64,000 nt of DNA from Isurus oxyrinchus (lineage: Eukaryota). The notes beneath the pieces were generated by a model. It was not told where the DNA came from. It did not search any database and saw nothing but the letters and a program-made list of their open reading frames with translations. Shown here one piece after another: positions 50,895 to 64,000 of this stretch. The first letter of the stretch is position 1, and each line of letters begins with the position of its first letter. The position numbers were made by a program, and so were the translations under genes. Location: contig JANJGN010000026.1 in assembly GCA_026770705.1 (NCBI GenBank), forward strand, positions 33,666,001 to 33,730,000. The letters run 5' to 3'.

Positions 50895-51850
50895 CCTGAC
50901 TTGTCTGGCATCCAGTGCTGCATGAACAGAAATGTCCTCCAATTAAATATTGGAAAAATTAAAGCCATTGTCTTTAGCACCCCCCCCCCCCACCACCCCC
51001 CCCCCACCGCACCCCCCACCACCCCCGCCAACCACCGCCCCCCCCACCACCCCCCCCCCCTACCCCCACGCCCACCCCCCCTACAAACGTCACTCCTTAG
51101 CCAATGGCTCCTTCCCTCTCCCCAGCAATTGTCTGAGGCTGAACCAGATTCTTCTCAAACTTGATGTCATGCTTCAAACATATCTGCATCATCACAAAGA
51201 CTGCCGATTCCCACCTCAGTAACATCACCGAACCCTGTCCTAGCCTCAGCTCATCCAATTCTAAAACTCTCATCCATTCCTTTATTATTTCCAGACTTAA
51301 CTACCCTAACGCACACCGGGCCAGCCTCCCACATTCACCTCCCCAGTAAACTTGAGGTGATGCAACACTCTGCTACCCATGTGTTTGTTTGCAATAAGTC
51401 TTGCTCTCTCATCACCTCTGTGCCCGCTGACCTAAAAAGGCTCACGTTTAAGAAGCACCAATTTTTTAAAATTCTCATCCTTGTTTTCAAATCCCTCTGT
51501 GGCTGCAATCACTCCTTTCTCTGTGATCTCCTTCAGGCCAACAACCCTTCAGGATCTCTGCACTGATCTAATCCTGATCTCTTGACCATTCTCAATTAAT
51601 CAGTCCACCACTGGTTGCCATTTTTTAAGTTTCTGAGACCCCAAGCTCTGAAATTTCCTCCCTAAACCTCCCCACATCTCTATTCACTTTCTTCTATTAA
51701 GATACTCCTTAGCCTTACTCTTTCACAAAGCTTTTGGTCACCTGCCCTAATGTCTCCTTATGTGGCTCGGTGTCAAATGTTGCTTTGTAATATTTCTACA
51801 AAATGCTTTGGAACATTCAGTTACATGAAAGATGCTATAAGAATACATAT
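50895..51850 (+). mobile_element. L2-clade LINE 3' fragment with inserted poly-C tract (50978-51080)
   Basis: LQLNIGKIKAIVF, TLIHSFIISRLNY and FKILILVFKSL motifs. Confidence 0.75.
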
Positions 51851-53919
51851 TATTGTTGGTCTGGATATATATTACCGTTCCTTCATCACCACAGGGTGAA
51901 AGGTTCTGTAACTCCCTATCTAACAACACTGTGGGAGCACCTTCACACGGGTTGCAGAGGTTCAAGAAGGTCAAACATCATCTTCCCCACAGGTAAATGG
52001 GGATGGGCAATATCTGCTGCTGGCCTTGTTAGTGGCACTGAAATCTCAAGGATTGCCTGTGTCAGATGGGGCGGTCCTTCCTTTAAACTCCATCTGAGAG
52101 GAAAGTGACTGCTCCCGAGAGCTGGATGAGAGGAGGCAGCTCAGAGTCAGATGCTGAACACACTGCAGCCCACATGGACATTACAAACTGCCCCCTTTCT
52201 TGGGTACGCATTGCTGGAGGCGTAGCAACCAACACATAGGAACAGAAGCAGGCCATTCAGCCCCTCAAACCTGCTCCACCATTCTATTCGCTAAACTCCC
52301 TTTTCCCATCTTTGTCAAATTACTTTTATATATTTGCTTTACAAAATTCAATCTATTCATGTCTTGAAAAATTCAACTGACCACCAGCATTCACAGCTTT
52401 TTGGGGAGGTTGGTCCTGGTTCCCACAACTCTTGTCTGAACACGTTGTTCCTGATTTCACTCCAGGTTCTACTGTTTTGATTCTGCCCCCTTGTTCTCGA
52501 TTCCCCAGCAGAGCAAGTGTTTTTCCTGTATCTACCCTCACAAACACATTGATCATTTTAAAAAACAGCATCATATCACCCCTGAAACTTCAATATTTCA
52601 TGAAATATAAACCAATTTTCTGTAGCCTGTTCACCTTGAAGTGCAGCAGCATTGACTTTAATGACTTGGAGGAGCTTTCTACCAACTGTTCAGAATGGTG
52701 ACAACTTATCCATCAAGCTGCATCACACTTTGAGTCACAGTGTCTTCATGATGAGGCACAGCAGCAGAGAAGTGGAATCAAGTGCTGTGCTCCAGATCCC
52801 AATACTTCATGGATGTCCTGCCCCATGAGTCCAAGTATCTGCAGGTCAAGAATCAGTCTGTTCATTCACAAGAAGACCCATGGCAGAAACTCATCACCCT
52901 GAGTAGACATCATCCTTGAATCGAGAGGCTGCTGACAAAGTATTAAACAACAACTAACACAGGCACTTGGGCACTGAGAGAATACACATAGACGGACAGG
53001 TTGTTTAACAGAATTCTGACCACAGAAAGTTCATTCCAGTGAAGCCAGACTGACATGAAGATAAGGCAGAAATAGAGGCAGACATGATAGCCCAAGATTA
53101 AACATAATGCAAACTGAATTCGAATCACCATTGGAGCAGCTTTATTAGATTCACAATAACTAAGCATAATAAACAGAGGCCTTTCATTGTAGGATAATGA
53201 AAATACTGGACAAAGATAGGAATAGTTTCATTCTGAGGGGTTGAGGAGAGGCTTGGTAGAGGATAGACAAAGTGTGTGGCTTCTGCAGCTACTGCAGTTC
53301 TGCACTCTCAGAAGGAAGGGGGTGTTTAGATTATGTAAGTGTCACCATTAAGCTGCAAACATAAAATCAAGGCTTTATTTAAGCAATGAAATGGATATAG
53401 AAATGAAGAGGCCCTGTCAGTTCAATGGAACTTGAGGGATTTAGGGTTATTAATAAAAATGAAACATTCTCGCCTCTGAGCCAGAAACTCCTCTGCAGAC
53501 ACTGCTGGAGAGTGAAGACGGCTCTCCAGCTCATTCTGAATTGACATCAGGCAGGATAGGTGTATCTGGCGGGTCTGGCTGTTCTCTCCCATTGTGTGAG
53601 CTGATCAAACTCTCCCGGCTGATGCCGGAACAACAAACCGGCTGGAATTAAATGGTTCCAGACGCGGAAGGGGAGTTAAGCAGCCTGCGAATTCTTACAC
53701 TAATTCACACTGTTCTCCAAGGGATGAACTCAAAGAGAAACAATCACTACGCCCTGTCATTTCCCAAAATAATTCCTGCTGCCTGTCCTGACTGAATCCA
53801 TTTCAGCAACAAATGTTGATATGTTTGCTCCACACCCACAGGTGTAGACAGTTTCATCTGTTTAAAGCCACAAACAGAAAGGTCCAGTTTTCTCCTGGAG
53901 TTTGAGACAAATCAGCTTT

Positions 53920-54405
53920 CCTTTTTTTTTTCCAATAAATTATAAAGATTTTCCTTTTCCCACCTATTTCCATTATATAAATAAAAAAAACACCCCCACT
54001 AGAGTGCCCTACCATCCATTCTTAATTAGCACATTCGTTTAGATAATATCACCAACTTTAACTTTAACACCTATGTGTTCTATTGTACCACTGTCGTTGA
54101 CATCTTTTGATGATCTGCTTCTATCACTGCTTGTTTGTCCATACAACCACACCACCCCCCCCCCCCCCCCCCCCCCACCTCTCTCTCTCTATCTCTATCT
54201 CTCCGCCCCCCACACACACACCTTAAACCAGCTTATATTTCAACTCTTTCTTGGACTCGAAATCAAGTTCTGTCGAAGGGTCATGAGGACTCGAAACGTC
54301 AACTCTTTTCTTCTCCGCCGATGCTGCCAGACCTGCTGAGTTTTTCCAGGTAATTCTGTTTTTGTTTTGGATTTCCAGCATCTGCAGTTTTTTTGTTTTT
54401 GTTTC
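53920..54405 (+). mobile_element. Penelope-like element 3' portion, near-identical to 45300-45790
   Basis: Long stretches are identical between the two copies (both give the incidental ORF MCSIVPLSLTSFDD...). Confidence 0.9.
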
Positions 54406-54429
54406 AAAATGATGCAGTTTCTGGCAATG

Positions 54430-54620
54430 AGGGAGATCCGGACTCAGCCCCGCCCCTCATTCACTCCAATTGCTTGGAGGACCAGCCACTTTCGCTTGGT
54501 CCTCTAGTCCAGCCCCGTCTTCCTATTGGTCCCGAGTTGCCGTCAATCAGTCTCCGGACATTGTGATCTGAGCATGCGCACGCCATGGCGAACGGTAAGA
54601 CAACTCGAGCGAGCGGGTTT
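54430..54620. promoter_or_regulatory. CpG-rich promoter-like segment
   Basis: ccccgccc GC box, CCAAT/ATTGG boxes, NRF1-like gcatgcgca, then gccATGGcg and a donor-like G|GTAAGA. Confidence 0.5.
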
Positions 54621-55634
54621 AAAATGGAGGGTTTACAAAGACCGAATGCGGATCCAGAGACCAAAATAAAACCTGCAACATTTTCTACTTAAGAAGCGAC
54701 TAGAAACCGTAAACATTATCCCTGACACCCGGTTTCTCCCGCTCAGGTCTGACTTTGGAGTGAGTCCGGAGAGGCCCCAGCGCATGTGCCAATGTCAGCT
54801 CATTCAGGAAGCGTCTGTAAATGGAGAGAAAGTGGTAAAAGTTAGGGAGCGTCTCTAAAAATGGTGATTGTCAGGAAATGTCTGCAAATGAAGGAAATAA
54901 TGACTGAGCATGGAGTGCTTAAAAAGCAAGGGAACGTGCTGATGAACAGGGAATGTCTGTAAAGAATCATTGAGTCATAGAATTGTACAACACTGTTACC
55001 AGAGAAGAAGATGATGCTTGACCTTGAACCTTTGCAGTCTGTGGTGAAACTGCTCCCACATTTCTGTGAGATAAGGAGTTACAGGAATTTCACTCAGTGA
55101 TGATGAAGGAATGGTGACATGTCCAAATCAACAACAACAATGTGTGTTTATCTGGCGCCTTTCTTGTAATAGAAAACTCCAAAGTGTTTCACAGGAGTTT
55201 TATGAAGCAACGTTTTGCCACTGAGCCCACAGAAGGAGATGTTTGGCTAGATGACCAAAAGTTTGGTCAGAGATAGGTTTTAAGAATTATCTTGGAGGGT
55301 ATGAGGCTGGAGAAAATCACAGAGATAGGAAGGAGCGATATCCTGCAGAGATTTGAGAGCAAAAATGATAAATTTAAAATTTAAGTGCTTCTTAGCTTGG
55401 AAACGTACCTCAGCGAGCATGATGGTGATGAGTAAACAAGACTTTGTGGAGTAAGCACATGGGCAGCAGAGTTTTGAATGACCTCAAGATCACAGGGAGG
55501 TTTAATGTGGGAGGGCAGCTGGGATTGCGTTAGGATAGTTAAGTCTATAGGTAACAAATGAATAGATAAGAATTTCAATTGCAGAGCAACTGAGACTAGG
55601 ATGGAATTGGATGATACTGAGGTGGAAATGGGCA

Positions 55635-56880
55635 GTCTTGGTGATGGTAAAGGGGAGCCTGTAGACATACTGTACTTGGATTTCCAGAAGGCATTTGATA
55701 AAATGCCACATCAAAGGTTATCGCGACAAATAAAAGCTCATGGTGTAGGATGTAACATGTTAGTATGGATAGAATATTGGCTGGCTGGCAGAAAACAGAG
55801 AGTATGCATAAGTTAGTCTTTGTTGATTGGCAGGATGTGATGAGTGGAGTCCCACAGGACCTGTGCTGGCACCTCAACTTTTTACAATTGATATCAATGA
55901 CTTAGATGAGGGGAGAGAAGCCATTGTAGCTAAATTTGCAGATAACATGAAGATATGTAGAAATGTATGTTGTGAAGAGGACATAAGGAGGTTGCAGACG
56001 CATATAGATAGGCTGACTGATTGGGCAGAGATCTGGCAAATGGAGTTTAATGTTGGAAAATGTGAAGTTGTTCACTTTAGCAGGAAGAATAAATAAATAA
56101 ATAAATAAAAAAGAATAAAAAAAAGACTGTTACTTAAATGGAGAATGACTGCAGAATTCCAAGGTGCAGAGGGATATAGGTGTTCTAGTGCATGAGGCAC
56201 AAAAAGTTAGTATGCAGGTATAGCAAGTAGTTAAGAAGGCTAAGGGAATACTTTTCTTTATTATGAGAGGAATTGAACATCAAAGCAAGGATGTTATGCT
56301 TCAGTTATACAGGGCATTGGTGAGACCACATATCAAATACAGTGTGCAGTTTTTGGTCTCCTTATTCAAAGAAAGATGTAAATACATTGGAGGTGGTTCA
56401 AAGGAGGTTTACTAGATTGCTACCTGGATGAGCGGGTTATCTTTTGAGGATAGGTTGGACAGGTTGGACAGATAATTCTAAACTGGAGTTTAGAAAAGGG
56501 AGGGGTGACTTGATTGAAGTATATAAGATCCTGAAAGGTCTTGACAAGGTGGATATGCAAAGGATGTTTCCTCTTGTGGGTGAGTCCAGAACTAGGGGCA
56601 TTGTTTTGAAATTAGGAGGCGCCCTTTTAGGACAGAGATGAGGAGAATTTTTTTCTCTGAGGACTCTGGAACTCCCTGCCTCAGAAATCAGTGGTGGTGG
56701 AGTCATTAAATATTTTTAAGGCAGAGGTAGATAGATTCTTGTTAGGCACAGGAATCAAAGTTTAATGGGGGTAGATGGGAATGTGGAATTTGAAATGCAA
56801 GTAATCAGTCATGATTATATTGAATGGCGGCGTGGGCTCAAGGGGCTGAATGACCTAGTTATTCTCCTATTTTGCATGTT
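55635..56880 (+). mobile_element. CR1-clade LINE RT/3' fragment nested in an L2-like remnant (55130-55635, -)
   Basis: VDILYLDFQKAFDKMPH, FTIDINDLD, KFADNMK and WQMEFNVGKCEVVHF. Confidence 0.9.
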
Positions 56881-58543
56881 CACATGATGCGGATATGTGG
56901 TTTGAAGGTCAGTTTGGGGTGAAACATGACACCGATGTTGTGAACAGTCTGGTTCAGCCTCAGACAGTTGCTGGGGAGATGATGGAGTCAGTGGCTGTGG
57001 AGTGGAGAAGGGACTGAAGACAATGGTTTCAGTTATCGGGGAGACATTGGCATAGTGGTATTGTCATTGGACAAGTAATTCAGAGATCAGGGTAATGCTT
57101 GAGGGACCCAGGTTCAAATCCCACCACAACATCAGGCTTTCACCAAGACACCTTACACAGCACCTTCCAAACCCACAGCCACAACTACCTAGGAGGACAA
57201 GGGCAGCAGATAGATGGAAACACCACCACCTGGAGGTTCCCCTCCAAGTAACTCACCATCCTGACTTGGAAATATATTGCCGTTTCTTCACTGTCACTGG
57301 GTCAAAATCCTGGAACTCCCTTCCTAACAGCACTGTGAGTGTACCTACACCACATGGACTGCAGCGGTTCAAGAAGGCAGCTCACCCCGTCTTCTCAAGG
57401 GCAACTAGGAATGGGGAATAAACACTGGCCCAGCCAGCGAAGCCCATGAGTGAATAAAAAAACTTTACAAGACAGATGGTGGAATTTAATTTCAATGAAA
57501 AGTCAAATATTGGCAACAAAATCATTGTCGACAGTCGTAAAAACCCATCTAGTTCACTAATGTCCTTTAGGGGAGGAAATCTGCCATCCTTACCTGGTCT
57601 GGCCTACGTGTGACTCCAGACCCACAAGAATGTGATTGACTCTGAAATGCCCTCAGTTGTATCAAACCATGACTGGAAAATGATTAAGAAATGAAACCAG
57701 ACCACCTGGCATCGGCCCAGGCACCAGAAGCGACAAAGGCAAACTCAGCCCTGTCAACCCGATGAAGTCCTCCATACTAACATCTGCAGGCTGGTGCCAA
57801 GAATGAGAGAGCTGTCTCATAGAGGAGTTAAGCAACAGCCTGACATACTCATATTCACGAAACCATAGTTCTTGTGGAGACAAAGTCCTGTCTTCACATT
57901 GAGGATACCCTCCATTATGTTGTCTGGTCATATAACCCTAGATCTCAAACAGATCATGCAACCATGGGATGCTGTGAGCCATCAGCAGCAGCAGAATTGT
58001 ACTCAACCACAGTCTTCAATTTTGCCTTGAATCATCATCCCCTTGATCATTTACTCAGTTTTCCATCCTATCGCAAACCATTTGTTCTTTCCTCCTCTCC
58101 CCCTCTCTTTTACTTGACCCTATATTTGCTGGAAAAGTATTAAATCTTTCACTCTTTCCTGTTGGATAAAGGGTCACCGATGTGAAACATTCACTCTGTT
58201 TACCTCTCCATAGATACTGTTTGACCTGCTGAGTGTTTCCAACATTTTCTGTTTTGAGGTCAATTTCTAGCATCTGCAGTATTTTTTGGGGGGCCACTGT
58301 GCTTTCTCTCACTTATTGTTACCTGTTTAAAGGTGAAGAAGAGCTTTTAAAGAATGAGACAGCTGTAATTGTCTTGAAGGGTCATTTGGACACGAAACGT
58401 TAACTGTGCTCCTCTCCACAAATGCTGCCAGACCTGCTGAGTTTTTCCAGGTATTTTTGTTTTTGTTTTCGTAATTATCACCCTGTTCGACATGAAACTA
58501 AACTAATTGTTAATTCCTCATCGGTAATAATTTTAAACACAAA

Positions 58544-58612
58544 GGTTTGGCCGGGATTGAACCGGGGACTCTCTCATGTAAAGTCAAAGTGATAATCACT
58601 GCACTGGGGAAA
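58544..58612 (-). pseudogene. tRNA-Val(TAC)-like pseudogene
   Basis: Reverse complement TTTCCCAGTGCAGTGATTATCACTTTGACTTTACATGAGAGAGTCCCCGGTTCAATCCCGGCCAAACC. Confidence 0.65.
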
Positions 58613-58699
58613 TGAGTGTGAATTCCCCCCGGACAGAGGGGAACTGACCATCCATCTCTAGCTCTAATTCTCAAACAGAAAATGCTGCCAAGAATCAGC

Positions 58700-58970
58700 A
58701 AGTCAGGCTGAGTCTGTAGCCGCTCTCAGCGTCTGAAACCGTTACAATTGATGGTTGCTCCGGACCAATAGGAAAAGGGGGCAGGACTGGGGGACATGCG
58801 TGCGCGAGAGGCTGGCCCTGCAACCAATGAGGAGGTGGAGCTGACTGAAGCATGTGCATTGTGGATAATGGGGGTCCACAATGGGTAAAGAGGGGGGATG
58901 GCGGGGCGGAGGGAGTGATGGACGAAGACATGTTGTGTAAACCCGCAGCCGTGTTCAACTCGGGCTAAAG
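58700..58970. promoter_or_regulatory. Promoter-like segment upstream of the + strand ZNF
   Basis: Several CCAAT boxes (ccaatag, ccaatga), NRF1-like catgcgtgcgcg and a ggggcgg GC box. Confidence 0.5.
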
Positions 58971-60825
58971 GCCCCAATATTTTTTATTCATTCCTGGGAT
59001 GTGGGTGTCAGTGGCTGCGGCCAGCAGTTACTGGCCATTCCTAAGTGCCCTTGTTCAGAGGGCAGTTCAGGATCATCACATTGCTGTGGGGTCTGGGGTC
59101 ACAGATAGGCCAGACCAGGTAAGGGTTTTTATAACAATCGACAATGGTTTCATGGTCATCTTTAGACTTTTAATTCCAGATTTTTATTGAATTCAAATTT
59201 CACCATCTGCTGTGGTGGGAATTGATCCCACGAGCCCACAGCATTACCCTGGGTCTCTTGAATATGAGTACATCACAATGCCACTATGCCACCACAATGG
59301 GCACATGTAGGGGGCAATGTTTTAATGACTGCGAGGAGCTTGTTACCCATTGTTCAAAATGATGACAACTTGTCCATCAAGCTGTATTAACCATTGAGCT
59401 GATCAATAATGTCTTATTGATGAGGCAAAGCAGCAGCAGAGAAGGCAAGAAAAGGAAGAAAATCCTGCTCTCCTGATCTCACTACCTCATAGACGACCTG
59501 CCCCATGTGTCCAAAGATCTGTGTGTCTGTTCAGTCAGATGAAGACCAATGGCAAAAACTCACAACCCTGAGTAGACATCACCCTCTAATCGAGGGACTG
59601 CTGACGACAATGAGGGACAATGTGCAGAGGACGCATGTGAGGTCAATCTGGACCAGGAAGGAGGAGGAGAGAATGTTATGAATTTCTATCCTGGGATGGA
59701 TTTTGGAAACTCCTTTTACAGGGGGTTAGAAGGGGAGGATTTATGCACAGCAAACTCAAAGCAAGAAAAATATTTGTCTCCTCTGAATTTCCATCCTGGA
59801 CTGATAGTGATTGTTTCTATAAACTCATGGGGTACCGGAAGCAGAGGTCTTTTTTAAGGAGTATCTTAAAGGAGGAAAGGAAGATAGAGAGGCAGACAGG
59901 ATTAGTAATGAAATCTCAGATTTTATGGCCTTGGCAGCTACAGGTACCAAATGTGGAGCAAATGAAATCAGGAATTGTCAGGAAGTCAGAAGTAGAGGAG
60001 TGCAGATATCTCAGAGGTAACAAAGGAATGGATGATGGTTTCAGCAGCAAATGGGCTGAGACTTGGGTGGAGTCTGGTGATGTTACTAGTCTTCATGATG
60101 ATGCAGGTATGTGGTTGGAGCTTGTCTTGGGGTCAAATATGACACCAATGTTTTGAAGGATCTCCTTCAGCCTCAGGCAGTTGACAGAGAGGGGGCTGGA
60201 GTCAGTGCCTAGGGAGTGAAGTTTGTAGTGGGGACTGAGGACAATGTCTTCAGCCTTTTCAATATTTAAATGGAGGAAAATTCTCATCCACTGCTGGGTG
60301 TTGGGCAGGTCAGGATGGTGTGTGACTTGGAGGGGAACCTGGAGGTGATGGTGTTCACATACACCCGCTACCCTGGTCCTTCTAGGTGGTGGAGATTGAG
60401 GATTCATGAGATTCTGTTAAAGTTCTGGTCGATTTGCACAAAATTAAATAATATTCCTCTCCTCTGATTCTGCTCCCAGCTTCTTTCACTCTTCTCCCCC
60501 CATATTCCAGAGTCTTGTGTAGGACGAGACTGGGTGGCATGTTTCCTGAAGCATATTAGTGAACCAGCTGGGGTTTTACGACAATCCAGCAGTTTTCATG
60601 GTCATATTTTCCTAGTGTCAGCCCCACAAATCGCCAGATTCATTCAGCTCAATTTCACAATCTGTCTTTGTGTTTTTGTGGGGTTTCTTTTTTCTGTTTT
60701 AAATCATTTTGACAGGTTTTTAGAAGGGGAGGATTTCGAATCCGGAAACTCAAACCAAGCATCACATCAGGATCTGACAGAGTCACCCAATTTATCATAA
60801 TCTTAAACATCATCAGATCTTGAAC

Positions 60826-61610
60826 ATGGAAGGAGAAAGCACCATTCACAGCAGAGAGAAACTGCACACGTGCCCTGTGTGTGGACGAGGCTTCAGCCGA
60901 TCATCTGGCCTGTCGAAACACAAGTGCAGTCACGCAGGGGAGAAACCATGGAAATGTGGAGACTGTGGGAAGGGATTCAGATCCTCTTCTGAGTTGGATA
61001 CACATTAACGCACTCACACTGGGGAGAAGCCGTTCATCTGCTCCATATGTGGGAAGGGATTCATTTGGTCAGCAAACCTGCTGACACATCAGCATGTTCA
61101 CACTGGGGAGAGACCGTTCACCTGCTCCGAGTGTGGGAAGGGATTCACTCATTTATCATCCCTGCTGAGACACCAGCGAGTTCACACTGGAGAGAGGCCA
61201 TTCACATGCTCTGCATGTGGGAAAGGATTCACTGATGCATCCAACCTGTTGAGACACCAGCAAGTTCACACTGACAAGAGACCTTTTAAATGCCCAGACT
61301 GTGGGAAGTGCTTTAAAAGTTCTGGGGTCTGATGTCCCATCAGCATGTTCACACTGATGAGAGACCTTTTAATTGTCCAGAATGTGGGAAATGCTATAAA
61401 AGGTTCTGGGAACTAATGTTCCATCAACGTGTTCACACTGACAAGAGACCGTTCAGGTGCTCTCACTGTGGGACTGGGTTCAGGAGATCATCTGAACTCA
61501 CTGTACACCAGCGAGTTCACACTGGGGAGAGACTGTTCACCTGCCCCGAGTGTGGGAAGAGATTCACACGGTCATCCATCCTGATGAGACACCAGCAAGT
61601 TCACAAGTAA
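60826..61610 (+). pseudogene. C2H2 zinc-finger gene (9 fingers), disrupted
   Basis: TGEKP/TGERP-linked CxxC..HxxxH array; premature TAA at 61006-61008 and a 1-nt frameshift near 61328; acceptor gacag| at 60715/60716. Confidence 0.88.
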
Positions 61611-61989
61611 CTCTTTCAAGTACAAACACGTTTCCATCTGTTTCAGATGAAGTTACATTGTTTCATAGTTTGTCATTGTGAGATTTGAACTCTTGATCTT
61701 GGGGTTACAAACCCAGTACCATAACCACTTGGCTATTTAGGCCAAACCCCACAAGTAACTACAGTGATTGGATTTCGCTGTTAATCACATTCAGGACTGA
61801 ACCATGTTCTTTGGGGTCTGTTTCTGCTGATGTTAATCAACTCCAAACCAGTTGTAGTTGTTAGTATTGTTGAAATTTAAAAAAGATTAGTTTTGTGTAA
61901 AGTACACAGTGAGGCGAATCTTTTTAATCTCTCTAACTCACGAAGTTCCTTTTGAAGGGCTCTCCCTCTCCTCTGTCTTCTCCATACTC

Positions 61990-63380
61990 ACCCCCAACAA
62001 GTGTGAGGAGCTCATGGAGCTTCTTTGTCACTAAGATTGAGACAATCCCATCTGCTGACTCTGCTGCTTCCCTCTCATCCACTGGTCAATCGGTCAAAAC
62101 TGTCTTTAAAGCTCCTCCTTGTCCGAGCCCTGAACTTACATCTTTCCCCAGTTTCTCTTCTATCTCTCCCTCATTCCCTTCAGTGCTCATCTTGTCCATG
62201 AGACCCACCTTCTGCTCCACTGACTCTAGTCCCACTAAGCTGCTGACCATTCAACTCTCGCTCTCTCCTGGTACTATCCCTCTATCTTTAATCCACCATC
62301 ATCACCCATTCTATAAAAAAAAAATCTTTAACCCCATCTGCAAGCTCCCTTTCCTCTCCAATGTCCTTGTACTTGGTGTCCCCCAAGGATCTATCCTTGG
62401 CCCCTCCTGTTTCTCATCTACCCACTGCCACTAGGTGACACCATCCAAAAGCACCACATAAGGTTTCAAATGTACACTGACAACTCTACCTCACCACCAT
62501 CCCTCTCCATTCCTCCAATTACTAAATGATCAAACTACTTATCCAACATCCAGTACTGAAATAAGCAGAAATTTCCTCCAATTAACAATTTGGAAGTCTT
62601 CAGTCACCATAATAAATTCTGTTCCCTAACCACCAAGTCCATCCCTCTCCCTGGGAACTGTCTGAGGCTGAACCACACTCTTCATAATCTTGGAGTCATA
62701 TTTGACCCCAAGATGAGTTTCTGACCACATACCCGCACCATCACGAATACCAGATATTTCAACCTCCATAACGTCACCTGTCTCCCCCCGCACCCCAGCT
62801 CATGTGCTGCTGTAACCCTCATCCATGCCCATGTTACCTTTAGACTTGACATTCCAATTGACCAACCTCAATACATTCACCCCACCCCCACACGGAACCG
62901 TGAGATCATCCAAAACTCTGCTGCCTGTGTGCTTTCTCACACCAAGTCCTGTTCATCCATCACCCCGTGCTCACTGACCTACATCGGCTCCTGGTCAAAC
63001 AATGCCTCGATTTTAAAATTCACATTCTTGATTTCAAATCCCTCCATGGCCGTCTTCCTCCCTATCTCTGTAATCTCCAATCACAGAACCTCCGAGATAT
63101 ACGCACTCTTTACCCTGGCCTCTTTAGCATTTCTGATTTTAACTATTCCACCATTGGTCACCATGCCTCAGTGCGAAGCTCTGAAATTCCCCCCCTAAAC
63201 TTCTCCCCTGATTAAAAATGCTTGTTCCAATCTGGCTCTCCAATCCAGATTTTGACCATCTACCCTTCGATCACCCAATGTGACTCAGTATCAAATTTTC
63301 TTCATGAAACTCCTCTAAAGCACCTTAGGACATTTTATTACATTAAACATGTTACATAAATACCAAGTTGTTATTGTTTC
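61990..63380 (+). mobile_element. L2-clade LINE fragment
   Basis: FFVTKIETI, KLPFLSNVL, GVPQGSILGP and LTDLHRLLVKQCLDFKI remnants. Confidence 0.8.
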
Positions 63381-64000
63381 ACAACAGCCAGTTTGAGCAA
63401 AGTAAGATTCCACAAGTGGCAAGCAAGTGACCAGTTTTTTGGTGGTATTAGTTAAAACATGAATGTTGGTCCCACTGCACCAGGAGAACGTCCCTGTGGA
63501 CAGTATGTGCAGTTGTTGAGGTCTCCTGAGTGGAGAGTGGAGCTGGCTGAACTGTAAGGCCTGCAGTGTACCTTGAAGTACCGCTGTCTGGGATCTTTCC
63601 TCTTAATTCACTGACTCCCAGCTGAGGTGGTTTCTGCAGTAAAATAGTTAACTTTGAACATCAATCCCAATTTCATCTTTGGAGCAAAATCAAGAATTTT
63701 AAATCAGTTGTAAAAAAGAAAGAAAGTACTTGTGTTAATTTGGAATCTCTCACACCCTCAAAGTATCCCAAAGTGATTCACAGTCAATTATGTATTTTGG
63801 AAGGATGAATGAGGAGAGGCAGAATAAACTAAATGGTACAATTTTAAACAGAGTGCAAGAACAGAGTGACCTGGGAGTGTAAGTAAAAAAAAAATCTTGG
63901 AATGTGACAGGACTAGTTGATCAAAACAATTGATAAAAGCTCATGGAGACCTTGATTTTATTAACCATGGAGTACAAAAGCAAGGGAGATACAATGAATC

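Overview
Cartilaginous-fish (shark-type) genomic DNA. The centre is one complete, unrearranged and apparently intact IgM heavy-chain minilocus on the + strand (about 21.4-40.2 kb): leader, VH (23-RSS), D1 (12/22-RSS), D2 (12/12-RSS), JH (23-RSS), a 10.8-kb intron, Cmu1-Cmu4 with secretory tailpiece, and TM1/TM2 exons. Upstream lie an intact two-exon GPR139/GPR142-like class A GPCR gene and a 4-kb 27/54-bp satellite with higher-order structure. Downstream is a field of decayed tRNA genes and two divergent C2H2 zinc-finger pseudogenes. CR1, L2 and RTE LINE fragments, SINEs and Penelope-like elements are interspersed throughout. Three observations stand out. (1) A stearoyl-CoA desaturase (SCD5-like) coding fragment is stranded in the J-C intron. 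(2) Next to it are paired C-rich and G-rich tracts; the G-rich one is a 24-bp RGYW-dense repeat on the non-template strand upstream of Cmu, reminiscent of a switch region. (3) Several Penelope-like termini carry minimal hammerhead ribozyme motifs. Coordinates were read by eye: exon and RSS boundaries were counted, while repeat boundaries are approximate.
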